From Octopus vulgaris (taxonomy: Eukaryota), in the NCBI GenBank assembly GCA_951406725.2, contig OX597820.1, forward strand, positions 120,590,001-120,654,000: a stretch of DNA of 64,000 nucleotides, written 5' to 3'. The notes under the pieces were generated by a model. It searched no databases. It was not told the origin of the DNA and saw nothing but the letters and a program-made list of their open reading frames with translations. The first letter of the stretch is position 1. Each line of letters starts with the position of its first letter. Shown here one piece after another: positions 39,758-53,996 of the stretch. The position numbers and the translations under genes were made by a program.

Positions 39758-41654
39758 ATCCATTGTATGCCTGTATGTTTATGTATATATATGCACTGCC
39801 TTTATCTCTAAATATTAATGTTTATTGTAATATGAATTCAGAAAATAGTGCGGCTGTGACAGAAGGCTGTTCTTAAGAAATCGGCTATCAGTTCACATAG
39901 TGATCAATTACAAAAAGCGTAATATAAAGTGTCCATTTAACTGAAAATCCCCAAATTCCGAGCGACAAAATTATTTCATTGGACAAAATTATTTCATTAT
40001 GTGAGCATAATGACTGAAAGTACCCGAGATTAATACATATTTTTCGTTATATTTAACCAAATGTCTTTTGTAGGGTCACGACTAATTGGCAAACTTCTTG
40101 TAGCAACAATTTCGAACACACTATGCCTACATGTTTGAACTAATATACATATACATACATACACACATACATACATGTGTGTGTGCGTTTGCGTGTGTTT
40201 ATATGGTACGCAGAGTGTAGCAGTCTATAGTAAATGTTTCTGTTGCTTACCACAATATTTAGTTCAGACCACACGTGACTTCACTATGATTATTCTTCTT
40301 CTCACGAGAACTTTCGCTTGTAACGTAGTCTACAAATGTCGAATGGAATTACAGTAGTTCTGAGAGAATCATAACTTTGAGCTTGACTCTTTGTTCCCCG
40401 AGGTATACTCAGTTACATAATATTTATTACTGTTGATGTTACTGTAGCCTCCAGTGATCACAAAGCGTCCATTTGCTACCGATTGAATGAATATGTGCAT
40501 CCATAATAGTTGCTAATACTCTCGTGCTTCTCTCTGTAAAGTAAATGAAAAAATTGATGAGCTTAAATTCGATTATAATCGTAAGATCGTGTGCTCAAGT
40601 TGGCAGTTATATTCTTTGAAGTTGGTGATTATTCTTGTTTTGGAAAAACAAGTAGAATAGCGATATTCTTGTAAAATGGCCGAGGGTGGCAGACTTATTT
40701 CCTTTACTGTGAATAATTGTTGCTATATTTTGCGAAGAATTTGCGTTTTCATTTTTTTCTTTGGCAGAATCACGTTTTTATTAACGATGCACCCGGATAA
40801 ATGTCTTTGATTAAGTCTTGCTAATTGTTTCCTTTCAACTTATCAAAAGTTAGAAAGCTCCTACTAATAATAAACACTAAATTTAATTGCAAAACTTTAA
40901 TTCGAACTTAACAGAAGCGGGAGAAAATTAAAAGTTGTCAATCCATTAAAATCGTAAAATACAACCATCGATTTAGACAAACGTGATAATAGTGCATTTT
41001 TATAATATTTTCAGAAATGATCTTGTTTCCGAATTTTTAAAAAGTAATAATCAAGATATATTTTCATTCAAACCTATCTTGAAACATCATAAACCAACGA
41101 AGCATCTTCTAAGCAATCCAACAACAATAACAAAATATAAAAGTCGAATTACCTCAAATCACAGGCTACCGCATAGGGAACGCGAAATATGAATAACAGA
41201 GTTCAAATGACTAAAACCTTACCAAATGATTTAATCAATGAAATAAATTTCAACATTTTAACATACGCTTAATCTGTCAGCATTGGCCTGGGGCTAAACA
41301 GCAAATAACATGCGAATTAACCAGAGTTAACAAGTTAAAGCACACGTGTGAATTATTTGCCTTAATTGCAGTTTCATGCTCTCAATTAACACGTATAATA
41401 GGCCCTAAATATCCTTGCCCTAAGCACTTTCTCTTAATCCAAGAGGGAATTACCTGAAGTAAAATTTGAATCGTATAATTAGTGGTGAGAATAAAACAAA
41501 CCTTGCTTGGAAACTCATACTTATATGTTATTAATATTGCCAATTATATAAATACATGCATGTTTGTTAAGACACACACACACACACACACTCACACACA
41601 TATATATATATTAAAATGTATATATGTATATATGCATAAACATACATAGATATG

Positions 41655-41705
<51 letters not shown>

Positions 41706-41835
41706 GTATATATGAATGTATATGTACATATGTGACTAGGTATGTTTATATATATATATATATATATAGCATGGTTGTCTTCCTAACAGTCGATCCAAGT
41801 TCGACTCCCGATTATAACATTTGTTAGTGTGTATA

Positions 41836-41874
<39 letters not shown>

Positions 41875-41876
<2 letters not shown>

Positions 41877-42070
41877 AATCCAAACGGGAAACAAAAAAAC
41901 AACAACAATGGAACAATTACAGTATTATTATTAATAGGCGCTCAGGAAATGGAAGCAGGGAGGTATGACGTTTCGAGCGGAGCTCTTCGTCGGAAACATA
42001 AAGAAGGAAGAGAGAGGAAAGAAAGATCCCGGAGCGGGCAACGGAGATAGAGAAAAAAACGACTGGTGTT
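41875..42070 (-). mobile_element. Penelope-like pLTR fragment with minimal hammerhead-like motif (41966-41993)
   Basis: Minus strand CCGACGA-A-GAGC-tcc-GCTC-GAAAC-GTCA; embedded between (TA)n tracts. Confidence 0.55.
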
Positions 42071-42100
42071 AGGAGTATATATATATATATATATATATAT

Positions 42101-42635
42101 ATAACTCCAAGAAAGTTAGAGGTTCTGAATCCAACCCACTAAGGGATAATATCTATCCAATATACTGCTGGTAGAATACCCAATTATTCATACAGAAGTG
42201 TTTTTTATTGCATTACAATTACATTATCTATTATATTAAATGGGTGAAGGTAAAGAGATATCTTACCATAAATTTATATAGCAATAAGACAATGGAGAGT
42301 ATCAATAGGTGATTCATCAACTTTTAGACATTATATTATGTTAACTTATTTATTTATTTACTAAACAGATAATTACAATAATATACATACAGATAACATA
42401 TGTGTTTTACATATAAAATATAAAATATAGTAATATATAAGGCTACCGGTAATTATTATAAAATAACGAACATGGATATAAATTGGGAAAATCACTTACA
42501 GCTGTTTCAGCCAAGAGATAAATATACCTCATTCTACCTTTATTACTCAAGTGGAGTGAAGTAATAGGTAGATGAAAATGAGGTACTTGGGTATATCTCT
42601 ACGCTTCGTTGGAGATTATAGAGTACATAATGTTA
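42101..42635 (-). mobile_element. Penelope-like repeat with long-stem-II hammerhead-like remnant
   Basis: Minus strand CCAACGA-AGC..AGAGATATA..TACCTCATT..CTACC / GGTAG-AATGAGGTA..TATCTCT..GC-TGAAAC-AGCT-GTA; partial inverted copy at 45285-45376. Confidence 0.45.
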
Positions 42636-42712
42636 AGTTACAAATAAATATAAATATAAAAATAAATAAAATACACAGACATTTGAATACTTATATATAG
42701 ATAAACATACAT

Positions 42713-42823
<111 letters not shown>

Positions 42824-42928
42824 TAAAGATAGATATACATATACATATACATATATATATATATATATATACATACATACATAAATACCAATATATATAC
42901 TGAAATATACATACATATTTACATTTAT

Positions 42929-43820
<892 letters not shown>

Positions 43821-44674
43821 TTGTTTTTTAAATTTTATTTCATCCTTTCCACCTGGCCACAATATCTCCACTGACCTCGTTCCTCAATTTTGCAATTTCC
43901 TGTTGAAAATTCACCTGTAGAAGACTAGTCTGGTTCGACGCCTTCTGCAAATATGAAAATGTCCAAAGTAAGATTAAGACGTAAAATTTGATGACAGAGT
44001 AGTCGTGAATTTGAATTTGAAACACGAAATTTCCAGAAAGAGGAAACCTAACGATTATCTAAAGGAACAATCCAAATCATAAATCTAATTATATTGTGTA
44101 ACAAGTTATAATCACACGGGAATAAAGGAAACAATGTTGGATCGGAAAAGCGATGGGAACGGCGCCAATTAAATAAGCGGACGAGAATCTCTCCCTAAGC
44201 GACAAATATTCACAACTGGAAACAAGCCAAAATCATTTTCAAAAATGACAAATCCGACACCAAATTCCTTTTGTATACCTGCTTGTTTCACCAGCAATTT
44301 AAGGACTTAAACGTAGTCCTATTAAAATTTGAGATAAATCTCTGGTGGCGATAAGATTCCATATAATCGTATATTAAGTGAGAATCGTCTGGGAAGTAAC
44401 ATCCGCAAACTCACCATGTGTGACGGAAAGCAAAGCAGATAATTACAGCTTTGAAAGTGCTATGTAGCAACAAGTATCTAAAAGTAGTAAGGAAATGATG
44501 TACAAGTTTTCAGGTTTCGATCTTTCTCCCAAGTCCCAGTATTATCCTTGATACACTGATACCAATTTCAGAAGATTTTCTAGAATAGGCGATATAAGCT
44601 GAAACCTACGATGAGACGAAGTGGTTTTGCATTGCGGGTGATGCGAGTTTGCTTCGATCAAATGTGTACACTAA

Positions 44675-44773
44675 CCCACTGCATGGCATCTTGGGCAAGT
44701 GTCTTCTGCTATAGCCCCGGGTCGACCAATGCCTTGTGAGTGGATTTGGTAGACGGAAACTGAAAGAAGCCTG

Positions 44774-44823
<50 letters not shown>

Positions 44824-45035
44824 GTGTGTGTGTTTGTGTGTCTGTGTTTGTCTCCCTAGCATTGCTTGACAACCGATGCTGGTGTGTTTATGTCCCCGTC
44901 ACTTAACGGTTCGGCAAAAGAGATCGATAGATGGGCTTACAAAGAATAAGTTCCGGGGTCGATTTACTCGACTAAAGGCGGTGCTCCAGCATGGCCGCAG
45001 TCAAATGACTGAAACGAGTAAAAGAGTAAAAGAGT
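44675..45035 (+). mobile_element. SINE family C, 5'-truncated
   Basis: Starts at CCCACTGCATGGCATCTTGGGCAAG; (GTAAAAGA)n tail. Confidence 0.87.
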
Positions 45036-45284
45036 ATAGAATTTTAGTAAACGTTTTCCACTCAATATCAGGTTAAATGTTGAATACTCTTAAGCGCTTC
45101 GGAAGCCCCATACCTCAAATACGGTAAATATTGTTTAAGTCTCTTCGGGAAACATGACACGACTTTCTCTATCGTTCTGTGTTCAGGTGGAAGGTAATCG
45201 CTGCCTATTCTTTATTTCGAATACGGATTCTTGTAATTCTGTAAGAAACCCATAAATACAAACTAAAATTCCTCCTGTAAAATT

Positions 45285-45376
45285 CCACTTGAGTAATAAA
45301 GGTAGAATGAGGTATTTTTACCTCTTGGCTGAAACAGCTGTAATTGATTTTCCCAATTTATATCCATGTTTGTTAT
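45285..45376 (+). repeat. Partial inverted copy of the 42462-42555 repeat
   Basis: CCACTTGAGTAATAAAGGTAGAATGAGGTAT...CTCTTGGCTGAAACAGCTGTAA.TGATTTTCCCAATTTATATCCATGTT. Confidence 0.8.
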
Positions 45377-46658
45377 TAAAGATTAAAATATTATGAAAGT
45401 ATTTCAATATTAAGAGCCAAAATCTATAGCGTAGAAACAGCAATGACAATATAATATAGTAAGGGGCTTCCAACTTCTGACCCTAACAGCATAAGTGAGA
45501 GGACCCCTGAACATATACGTGTAAATGTACCTTGAATCTCATCAATTATTGTAAAACTCAGTAAAATATGATGAGATTTTCTTCCGTATTCATCAGGAAT
45601 TGAACTTGTCCAGCTCTCTTGTATATGTACAGACGTATGTCCTCATACATATATTTGTGGGCATATTTATATATTCATATATATGTGGATGTCTTTCACT
45701 GTGTTTATATATGTGTATACATACATATATATCGATGTATTTACGTTTATGTGTTCTTGTGTATTTTCGCACGATTGGAGGCATGTGTCTCTGCGTACGC
45801 ATATCAGTGTGTGTGTGTGGTGTGAGTTTGTAGACATGATTACATCTATGTAAAGACTGAAAGTCATTTGAAGCTATCGCATCGATCACATCTTAAATTG
45901 GCATGGAAAAATCATTGGCAAACACAATGGCAACGTTTGTTTGCGTTTACTAAGTTGCGCACACTACCGAATAAACATTTGTAATATAAAGTAACGAATC
46001 TCATAGTTGAAAGGAAAACCAATGATTGTTCGTTTTTCTTTGATTATCCTCCCCAAACATTCCTTCACTCAGAACGCTGGCATTGAACAAAGAAGAATCA
46101 ATGTTAATGGGTGAAGCCAGGTTCCGTCATGGATATGACTCTGCTTGTAGTAAGAGAGTTGTAAATGTAGTCGAGTGGGTGGGACTTGTCTTACATGGAG
46201 ATTATATAGAACGCTTGAAGTTCTTCTCATCCGCGGTAACTTAAATAATATAGATCGTGTTTCTTCGGGTAAAATATTATTTGTTTGAAGTTCAATAAGA
46301 AAATATGAAGAAAGACAGTAAAATGAATTTTGGATCAATGATGTTTCTTGTCTGTTTTTTTTTCCCTTTTGCCTTCTGTATCCTAAAACTATTCACAAAT
46401 AAATGAATAAAATTGTGTGTGTGTGTGTGTGTGTGTGTGTGAGTATTCTGAAAAGGGTAGAGACGTTGAAACGCATATGATTCCTATTCATACATGGCCA
46501 TTCATTTGTGAAGAATTTCTTGTTTGTAACCATCAGATACCAAGTTCGTTTCCACTATCGAACCAACTGGTCAGCTGTTAGCTTCTCTCCCTGAGAATTT
46601 CTGTTATCTTTATCGTGAAATGTAGTAGACACTAATGATTTATGCATATATAACAATG

Positions 46659-46699
<41 letters not shown>

Positions 46700-46717
46700 A
46701 TGTGTGTGTGTGTGTGT

Positions 46718-47020
46718 GTGAAGGCGCATGGCTTTGTGGTTAGAGCATCCAGCTTACGATCGTAACGTTGTGAGCTCGAATCCCGGACCGGGCTGCGTGT
46801 TGGGTTCTTGAGCAAGGCACTTTATTTCGCGTTGCTCCAGTTCACTCAGCAGTAGAAAGGAGCTGCATCGGCCTTTGCCTTTCTCTTGGATAACATTAGT
46901 GGCGGGTATGCATGGGCGACTGCTGGTCTTCCATAAAAGACCTTGCCCGGACTTGTACCTGGGAGGGTAACTGTCTAGGATGCAACCCCATGGTCTGTGT
47001 GGTGACCGAAGGGAGTTTCA
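46718..47020 (+). mobile_element. tRNA-derived SINE family E
   Basis: tRNA-like head, TTCTTGAGCAAGGCACTTTATTTC core, tail shared with 38848-39210. Confidence 0.8.
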
Positions 47021-47243
47021 TATATATATGCTGTGAAGTCTTTTACAGCATTAATAGAATGCTTGTTACTCTACTTTCTGTTCTTAATTTGTTTTGTATT
47101 TATGTGCACAAATACACGTGCGTGCGCACACACACACACATTTATATTCTTTTATTCATTGACTTCTTTCAATGATGGCTGAACCGTGACTTTACGGGAA
47201 TGTAAACACACCAATACCAGTTGTGAAACGCCAATAGTGGGTC

Positions 47244-47284
<41 letters not shown>

Positions 47285-47754
47285 TGTGTGTGTCTGTGCG
47301 TGCGTGTGTATGTGTAGGTATGCATACTTGCGCACACGTGGGTAAGTTGAAAATACACTGGGTTTCAAACAAATATGGAGAACAAAATCTTATGCTTGCG
47401 TACATCGGTACAAACCATAACTCTTCAACCCTGAGTTAAAGAGAAACAGATCCTCTCCACTCTGTCTCTTGAAAGATTAAATTTAAAGAGCTCTGTTTAG
47501 CACTGTCATTAAACATGTTCACTGTCAGTGAACATGTGTCAGCTATAATTTCGGCAGAAAATATAGTCATATTAACACAAGGATGTGGTGGCGAACCTGC
47601 ACAAGTTTCTAAGGCTAATCACGTGATCAGGCTCTCCCACACTCAAACGATTTAATTCGGAGAGTATTTATTGCTTGGGACTGTCACACCAGAAGCAAGG
47701 CAATTCCAGAACAGATCCACGTCTTTCTACTTCAAATTTTTTAATTCAGAGAAA

Positions 47755-48167
47755 GGATCTTTTCGGTTTGAACGGCAGTTTTTAACATAATTTCTAGGTA
47801 ACTAAAAAATTTTAAACTTCTTATACTGGTAGAATGTGTTTATAAAACATCTTTCTGTCTTGGCTTTATTGAGAAAAGTCTATAGTTTGTAAGATATTTG
47901 TTGTTTTTTTTCTTCAATTTCTGCAATTTCAACCAATCAGTGACGTCTATTGAGTGCCGTATAAATATGTCCCTCGTTTAAGAAACAGACTGGGTTTATT
48001 TACATTTGTGAAGAAAAAATATACCCTTACCACACCCCTAACCCTAACCCTAACCCTAACTCTGAAAGAGATTGAAATGCAATAGATCGATACTAGGGTC
48101 ATAATTATGGGTGACAATTTCATATGACACTTCTAGAAAAAAACTGCCGTTCAAACCGAAAAGATCC
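47755..48167 (+). mobile_element. MITE family A, full copy
   Basis: TIRs; perfect 8-bp TSD CAGAGAAA; four CCCTAA units. Confidence 0.93.
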
Positions 48168-48251
48168 CAGAGAAATTTACGAGGCAGGTTGTCTTTAAAT
48201 ATTTAAAAATAGAAAGCCTAAGCAAATCCCAATACATTCTCAACTTCACTA

Positions 48252-48297
<46 letters not shown>

Positions 48298-48418
48298 GAC
48301 GACACATTTTTAATGGCTTATATATTGTAAAGTAATTGCGGCAAATGATTTTTCATGAAGTATTCTTTGTCGTGAAGAATATTCTGAATATTTTTGAAAG
48401 AAAGAAAATGTGAATATA

Positions 48419-48584
48419 TGTGGCTGTGTGGAATGAAATTTGCTTCACGACTGGGGGGTTCCCGGTTCAGTCCCACTGCGTGACACCTTTGCCAGGGGTC
48501 CCCAGCTATATCTTCGGTTCAACGAATGTCTTGTGAGTAGATTTTGTAGACATGTGTTTTGCGTGTGTGTGCGTGTATGTGTGA

Positions 48585-48615
<31 letters not shown>

Positions 48616-48795
48616 CGTGCGCGCGTCTACGTATTTTTGTTACAGCTTGTCGCCCTCCACCGCTTGAAAACCGGTGTTTGCTTGGTTACGTCACCATAGC
48701 GTAGTGGTTCGGCATAAGTAACCAACAGAATAATTACCAAGAGTGTAAGAACTGGGCTCGATTCATTCTGATGACCGAAAGTAGTAAAAGAATAA
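48419..48795 (+). mobile_element. SINE family C, old diverged copy
   Basis: TGGCTGTGTGG...GGTTCAGTCCCACTGCGTGACACCTT, internal (TG)n, GGTTCGGCA. Confidence 0.7.
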
Positions 48796-51700
48796 AGTAA
48801 AAATTATAATTAGCATTGGTAAATGAAGAATTTTCTGTAGTAAAAACAAGTAATTTTGTTTCGTCTTGAAATTTTTCCGCCCCCGCATCTTGTATATTTG
48901 TTATATGTAAGCTAAAATCTCGTGTTGACTTCCTATAGCTATAATTTGTTATGCTTCATTGTCACTTATCGCCATAGATATATATATATATATCAACGTA
49001 TTACAGCCGTTTCGCTTCTAAAATCTGCCTATATGTAATCAACTATCTACGCGTACCTTTCTTGTGGATATGTGGTTATATAACAGATACATTTTTTAAG
49101 GTCAAGAACTGTCTACTCGCATGATAGTTTAAGTATTTGGTCTACTTTAGATGGTATTCTTTGATTTTTGTTGTTTAGTGTGCAGAGACAAAAGAATTGG
49201 AATTTTTGTTCTTTAAAGTATCTAACCTTGAAAAGCATTCTTTGAATTACATGGTTCACAATATACTTTGAATTCTTTATTGCGAGCGCAATTTAGTTTT
49301 GTGAAGGAATTTCTTATGGTAAGACTTAGTTTTTTGTTTTTTAATCAGAATTGACATTTCGCATTTTGTTCACAGTTTACAACTGAATTATTATAAATAT
49401 TATAACGTTTCGAAGTTTATAATTTATTGTAATAATGGATGTATTGATAAGTTAAACATGAAACAGCTAAAGATCTTTTCTTCTTCAGTGCGCATGTCGT
49501 GTAGAGCTCCAGATATATTTGAGAGTGATTTGTACTAATTTTCTGATTATGGAAGGATAAGATTAAAACGAAATTGCAAAGGGAAGATTGCTAGTTTTTC
49601 CAGCGTCTCGCTAAGTAATAAGTCCCTGGACCATGAATGGATAGAAGTGGTGTTTGTGTAATGTATGTTCTTTTCACAGCAGAATCCAGTCCATTCTGAC
49701 AAATATGGACAAAGACTGATCGACAAGAGATGTAGCGCCCCATGAATTTTCCGTGTACTTTATTGTATAGATTCCTCAGTTAAATGAATGTTGATTACCT
49801 TGAGATTGTGGGTAGATTCTACCCCAACACCACCTTCGTGTTTGATGAATGCATTCGTGAAACGGATATTCGAATAATATATATTTGATTTTCCTTTTTA
49901 CTTTGCTATGTTCAATTACTAGGCAGTTATTGCAATTAATTATTCTGCTAACTATAATTAATAAAGTAATCCTAACGTTTTGAGGGCATATATATATATG
50001 TATCATGTTTCCGCTTAATATACTGAACCGGTTACAAACAAAAGGGGCGCTGTGCACTGGTTCAACTGTTCCTTTATATCACAGTCAGCCATATTAAAAA
50101 GTGCAATACTGGGTAATGTAATATTGAATATCCTTTTAACGGCAAATGATCAAGATAATCACAGACAGACTGTAATGACACTTCAACAGAAGAGAAGGTA
50201 CATCGGTAATTTGGTCTCACCTATTTGTTCAAGCAATTTCTTAGGTTCTAAGAGTCTCCACAGTGAAAGTCGATTTTGGGTTAGTCAAAGACAACAACAC
50301 TACTTTTATGTCTATATACATTTTCATTAAGTTACATTTTTATCAAAGAGGAGGATGGAATCAAATCTTTAATATAAGACGAGGCTGAACACGCTTACCG
50401 TATGTTTAGACATTTATCTCTACCAAAGAATCATATGTAAGATATTTGTACAATAAAATACATTTCTCTTAGAAGGCAATCGTATACAGACTGTAGTAGC
50501 TAAAACAATTATAAAGCAAAAAAAAATATAAATAAATAAAGAGCGAAGTGGACAGCCAATTAAGAAACCGTTTTAGTAGTAGAATCTCAAGACTATAGTT
50601 TTCGTTCTGATCATTTCGTTTGCTTCTTTTGATTTCTAATGAGAAACATTTTTAAAGCTATATATTACATTCTATCGGCCAATTTATAATAAATAATCAA
50701 TCTCGCATATGTTGCTGTAAGAGACTGTTTTGGGCGGAGGCGTGGATTAATTAGATTTATACTTTTTTAGCAAAAGATAACAGGAAATCTTTCAAATACA
50801 CTATAAATGACTAATGGTTGAAATTAGAAAACTAAAGAGATAGTCGTATAAAAGAAAATGGAAAAGGAAAAAGAAGAAAAATGTAAAATAAAAATATATG
50901 AAAGCATTTGAGATAAAAATTAACGGAATGATGTCAAGAGAATTGGTAAATGATGTCTGAGTGAGAACAAAGGAAGATAAAATCAAAGAAATGGTAGCGG
51001 GGTATATTAAATTTGGAAATAGTCAGAGGGAGACAAAGAATGATGGATAGCAGACACATATAAAGAAAGTGAAAGAAATCAAAAGAACAATGGAAATTCC
51101 CGCTCCAACGAGATTAATGCGAAGAATAACAAAAAGAAGGAACAAGCATAATTAAACTATATTCTTGCCTATTCCACAGAAAAGAAGCTAAATATTTATA
51201 AAGCGATATGTAGTTTTACAATTTCTATCTCCTTCATTTTGGTAATTCGGTTGAAGCAATTGGAACTCGTTTGGATCTGTTTTCAGTGATTTCTGCTGCC
51301 ATGCCTTCTCAACTTGTAGATAAGATAGTAACAGATCTTGCCAAAGGTAAATATTCCGCGTGTATTACGGGATATTTTTCATTGTGTTAAAAATAATATT
51401 AATCCCAAAATTTATTCGGTTATTGGTCTAAATAAACAGGTCATATAAAATATAAAGCAGAATCAGTTCTTTGAATTGCATGATTTAAGTTCTTAGAAAA
51501 CAGATATATACCACAACAACAAAACGGAACTCAACTACTGTTCCAAACATAATGTATCCAACAATTAATTTCTTTGTGATGTTAAACATTTCTAATTTGA
51601 TATAGTAATTATTGTAAGTAATACCAAACAAGTGAACAACAATATGAGGCTGAAGAAACCTCCAGCACTAGAGCCAGTCATAGTGTCAGACAATATTCAA

Positions 51701-51856
51701 ATTAGTCTAGAACAGAGGCTTAATATATTTGGGTAAGTGTGGCAACCTATTAGTTATCCTTTTATAAATCACTCTATAACGACGATTCTTCAATATGGAG
51801 AGAATCGACGTTGTTTTTATAGAAGTTTCTCATACCTGAACTAATTTCATTTGTGT

Positions 51857-52075
51857 TACTCTTTTACTCTTTTACTTGTTTCAGTCATTTGACTGCGGCC
51901 ATGCTGGAGCACCGCCTTTAGTCGAGCAACTCGACCCCGGGACTTATTATTTTGTAAGCCCAGTACTTATTCTATCGGTCTCTTTTGTCGAACCGCTAAT
52001 TGACGGGGACGTAAACACACCAGCATCGGTTGTCAAGCAATGCTAGGGGGACGAACAAAGACACACAAACACACA

Positions 52076-52130
<55 letters not shown>

Positions 52131-52297
52131 TACGACAGGCTTCTTTCAGTTTCCGTCTATCGAATCCATTCACAAGGCTTTGGTCGGCCTGCGGTTATAG
52201 TAGAAGACACTTGCCCAAGATGCCACGCAGTGGGACTGAACCCGGAACCATGTGGTTGGTAAACAAGCTACTTACCACACAGCCACTCCTGCGCCTA
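51857..52297 (-). mobile_element. SINE family C, full copy
   Basis: Homology to other family C copies. Confidence 0.9.
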
Positions 52298-52477
52298 TAT
52301 GAAAACTACATTACTAAATACCAGCAGGAGGACCACCCCCGGGCCGTTTTCCTTTGGTTGCGAAATGATATTTATACATATGGATCGTAATTTGTGTAGT
52401 TTTTCTTATATATTATGTCTGACTTTACTTTGAAGTCGTAATACGGGTAATGGTAATCACTCCCTCATTAAAATTAA

Positions 52478-52532
52478 AGATCTTTTCGGTTTGAACGGCA
52501 GTTTTTAACATAACTTCTAGGTAACTAAAAAT
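52478..52532 (+). mobile_element. MITE family A, solitary left end
   Basis: AGATCTTTTCGGTTTGAACGGCAGTTTTTAACATAACTTCTAGGTAACTAAAA then abrupt loss of homology. Confidence 0.8.
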
Positions 52533-52544
52533 ATCCCAATGAGG

Positions 52545-52990
52545 TTATGGATGGCTGCATGCGCCTCTCATCACATGCAGTACCATTAATATTTTAAACA
52601 GTCCGTTTTATCATGTATTTACATAAAAAAATAATTATCCTGTTACATACCATTGTAAGTATTTGAACCGTTATATACAATATCTACAATTGTTCTCTTT
52701 TTCAATATTTTTTAAAAACATAACATAAAACGCCTGGCTCTTTGTTTTTTTTCTTCCTTTTTTTCTCCTTTTTCTTTTTTTCTTTTTTCGTTTTTCTTTT
52801 CTCTTTTTTTCCTGTCAATTTAACATACTTATTTACTTGTTAGTAATATTTCATTAGTGGTTCGATATCTACTAAATCCACTTCTGGTGGCAATTCTTTG
52901 ACTTCCACCCTTACTCCTGGTGGGTCAATATTATCTCCACACGTTTCATTCAGTCTCTTATAACTTTCCTCTTCAGTCACTATCGCCTTC
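52545..52990 (-). repeat. Unclassified interspersed repeat, paralogue of 58905-59515
   Basis: Reverse complement aligns to GAAGGCGATAG...GTGTGGAGATAATATTGA.CCACCAGGAGTAAGGGTGGAA...GGTACTGCATGTGATGAG.GGCGCATGCAGCCAT. Confidence 0.8.
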
Positions 52991-53400
52991 GGATCTTTTC
53001 GGTTTGAACGGCAGATTTTCTAGCGGTGTCATATGAAATTGTCACCCATAATTATGACCCTAGTATCGATCTATTGCAGTTCAATCTGTTTTAGGGTTAG
53101 GGGTGGGGGGGAAGAGTATCTTTTTTTCTTCACAAATGTAAATAAACGTAATCTGTTTCTTAAACGAGGGACATATTCATACGACACAGAATGATTTTTA
53201 CCTCAATAGACGTATTTGATTGGTTGAAATTGCAGAAATTGAAGAAAGAAACAACAAATATCTTACAAACTATAGAATTTTCTCAATAAAGTCAAGAGAA
53301 AAAGATGTTTTATAAACACATTCTACCGGTATACGAAGTTTAAAATTCTTTAGTTACCTAGAAATTATGTCAAAAACTGCCGTTCAAACCGAAAAGATCC
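52991..53400 (-). mobile_element. MITE family A, full copy
   Basis: Both TIRs present; no matching TSD. Confidence 0.9.
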
Positions 53401-53629
53401 CAGAACTGTACCCATTTGATTTAATTTCCTCACATCTTCCTGAAAAATGTATATTTATTAAGGTGAGTTTCTACAAATACATTTCAGACTGTCTAGATTA
53501 CGATTATATTGCGATTCAGATTACGATTTTATAGGAATTCCATGTGGAAAATGGACCGTGATGGTTAATTTATATGCCTCAATTTTGTTTCCCCATTTTG
53601 TTGAGGTTTTACTGACAGTTATTTTATTA

Positions 53630-53845
53630 TTTCATTTGTTTCAGTCATTTGACTGCAGCCATGCTGGAGTACCGCCTTTCAGTCGAACAAATCGAACCCA
53701 GGACTTATTTCTGTAAGCCTAGAACTTATTCCATCGTTCTATTTTGCCGAACTGCTAGGTTACAGGGGACATAAACACACCAGCATTGGTTGTCAAGCAA
53801 TAGTGGGAGGACAAACACAGACACACACACACACACACACACACA

Positions 53846-53891
<46 letters not shown>

Positions 53892-53996
53892 GGACGGGCT
53901 TCTTTCAGTTTCCATCTACCATATCTACTCACAAGGCTTTGGTCGGAGCGAGGCTATAGAAGAAGCCACCTACTCACCCAAGGTGTCACGCAGGGA
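53630..53996 (-). mobile_element. SINE family C, 5'-truncated
   Basis: Homology to other family C copies. Confidence 0.82.

Noticed and set aside
43840-44025. 61-aa minus-strand ORF with splice-like sites
   Set aside because: Ambiguous signals and no recognisable homology
50550-50750. CCAAT and GC-box-like motifs suggesting a promoter
   Set aside because: Short motifs with no linked transcript evidence
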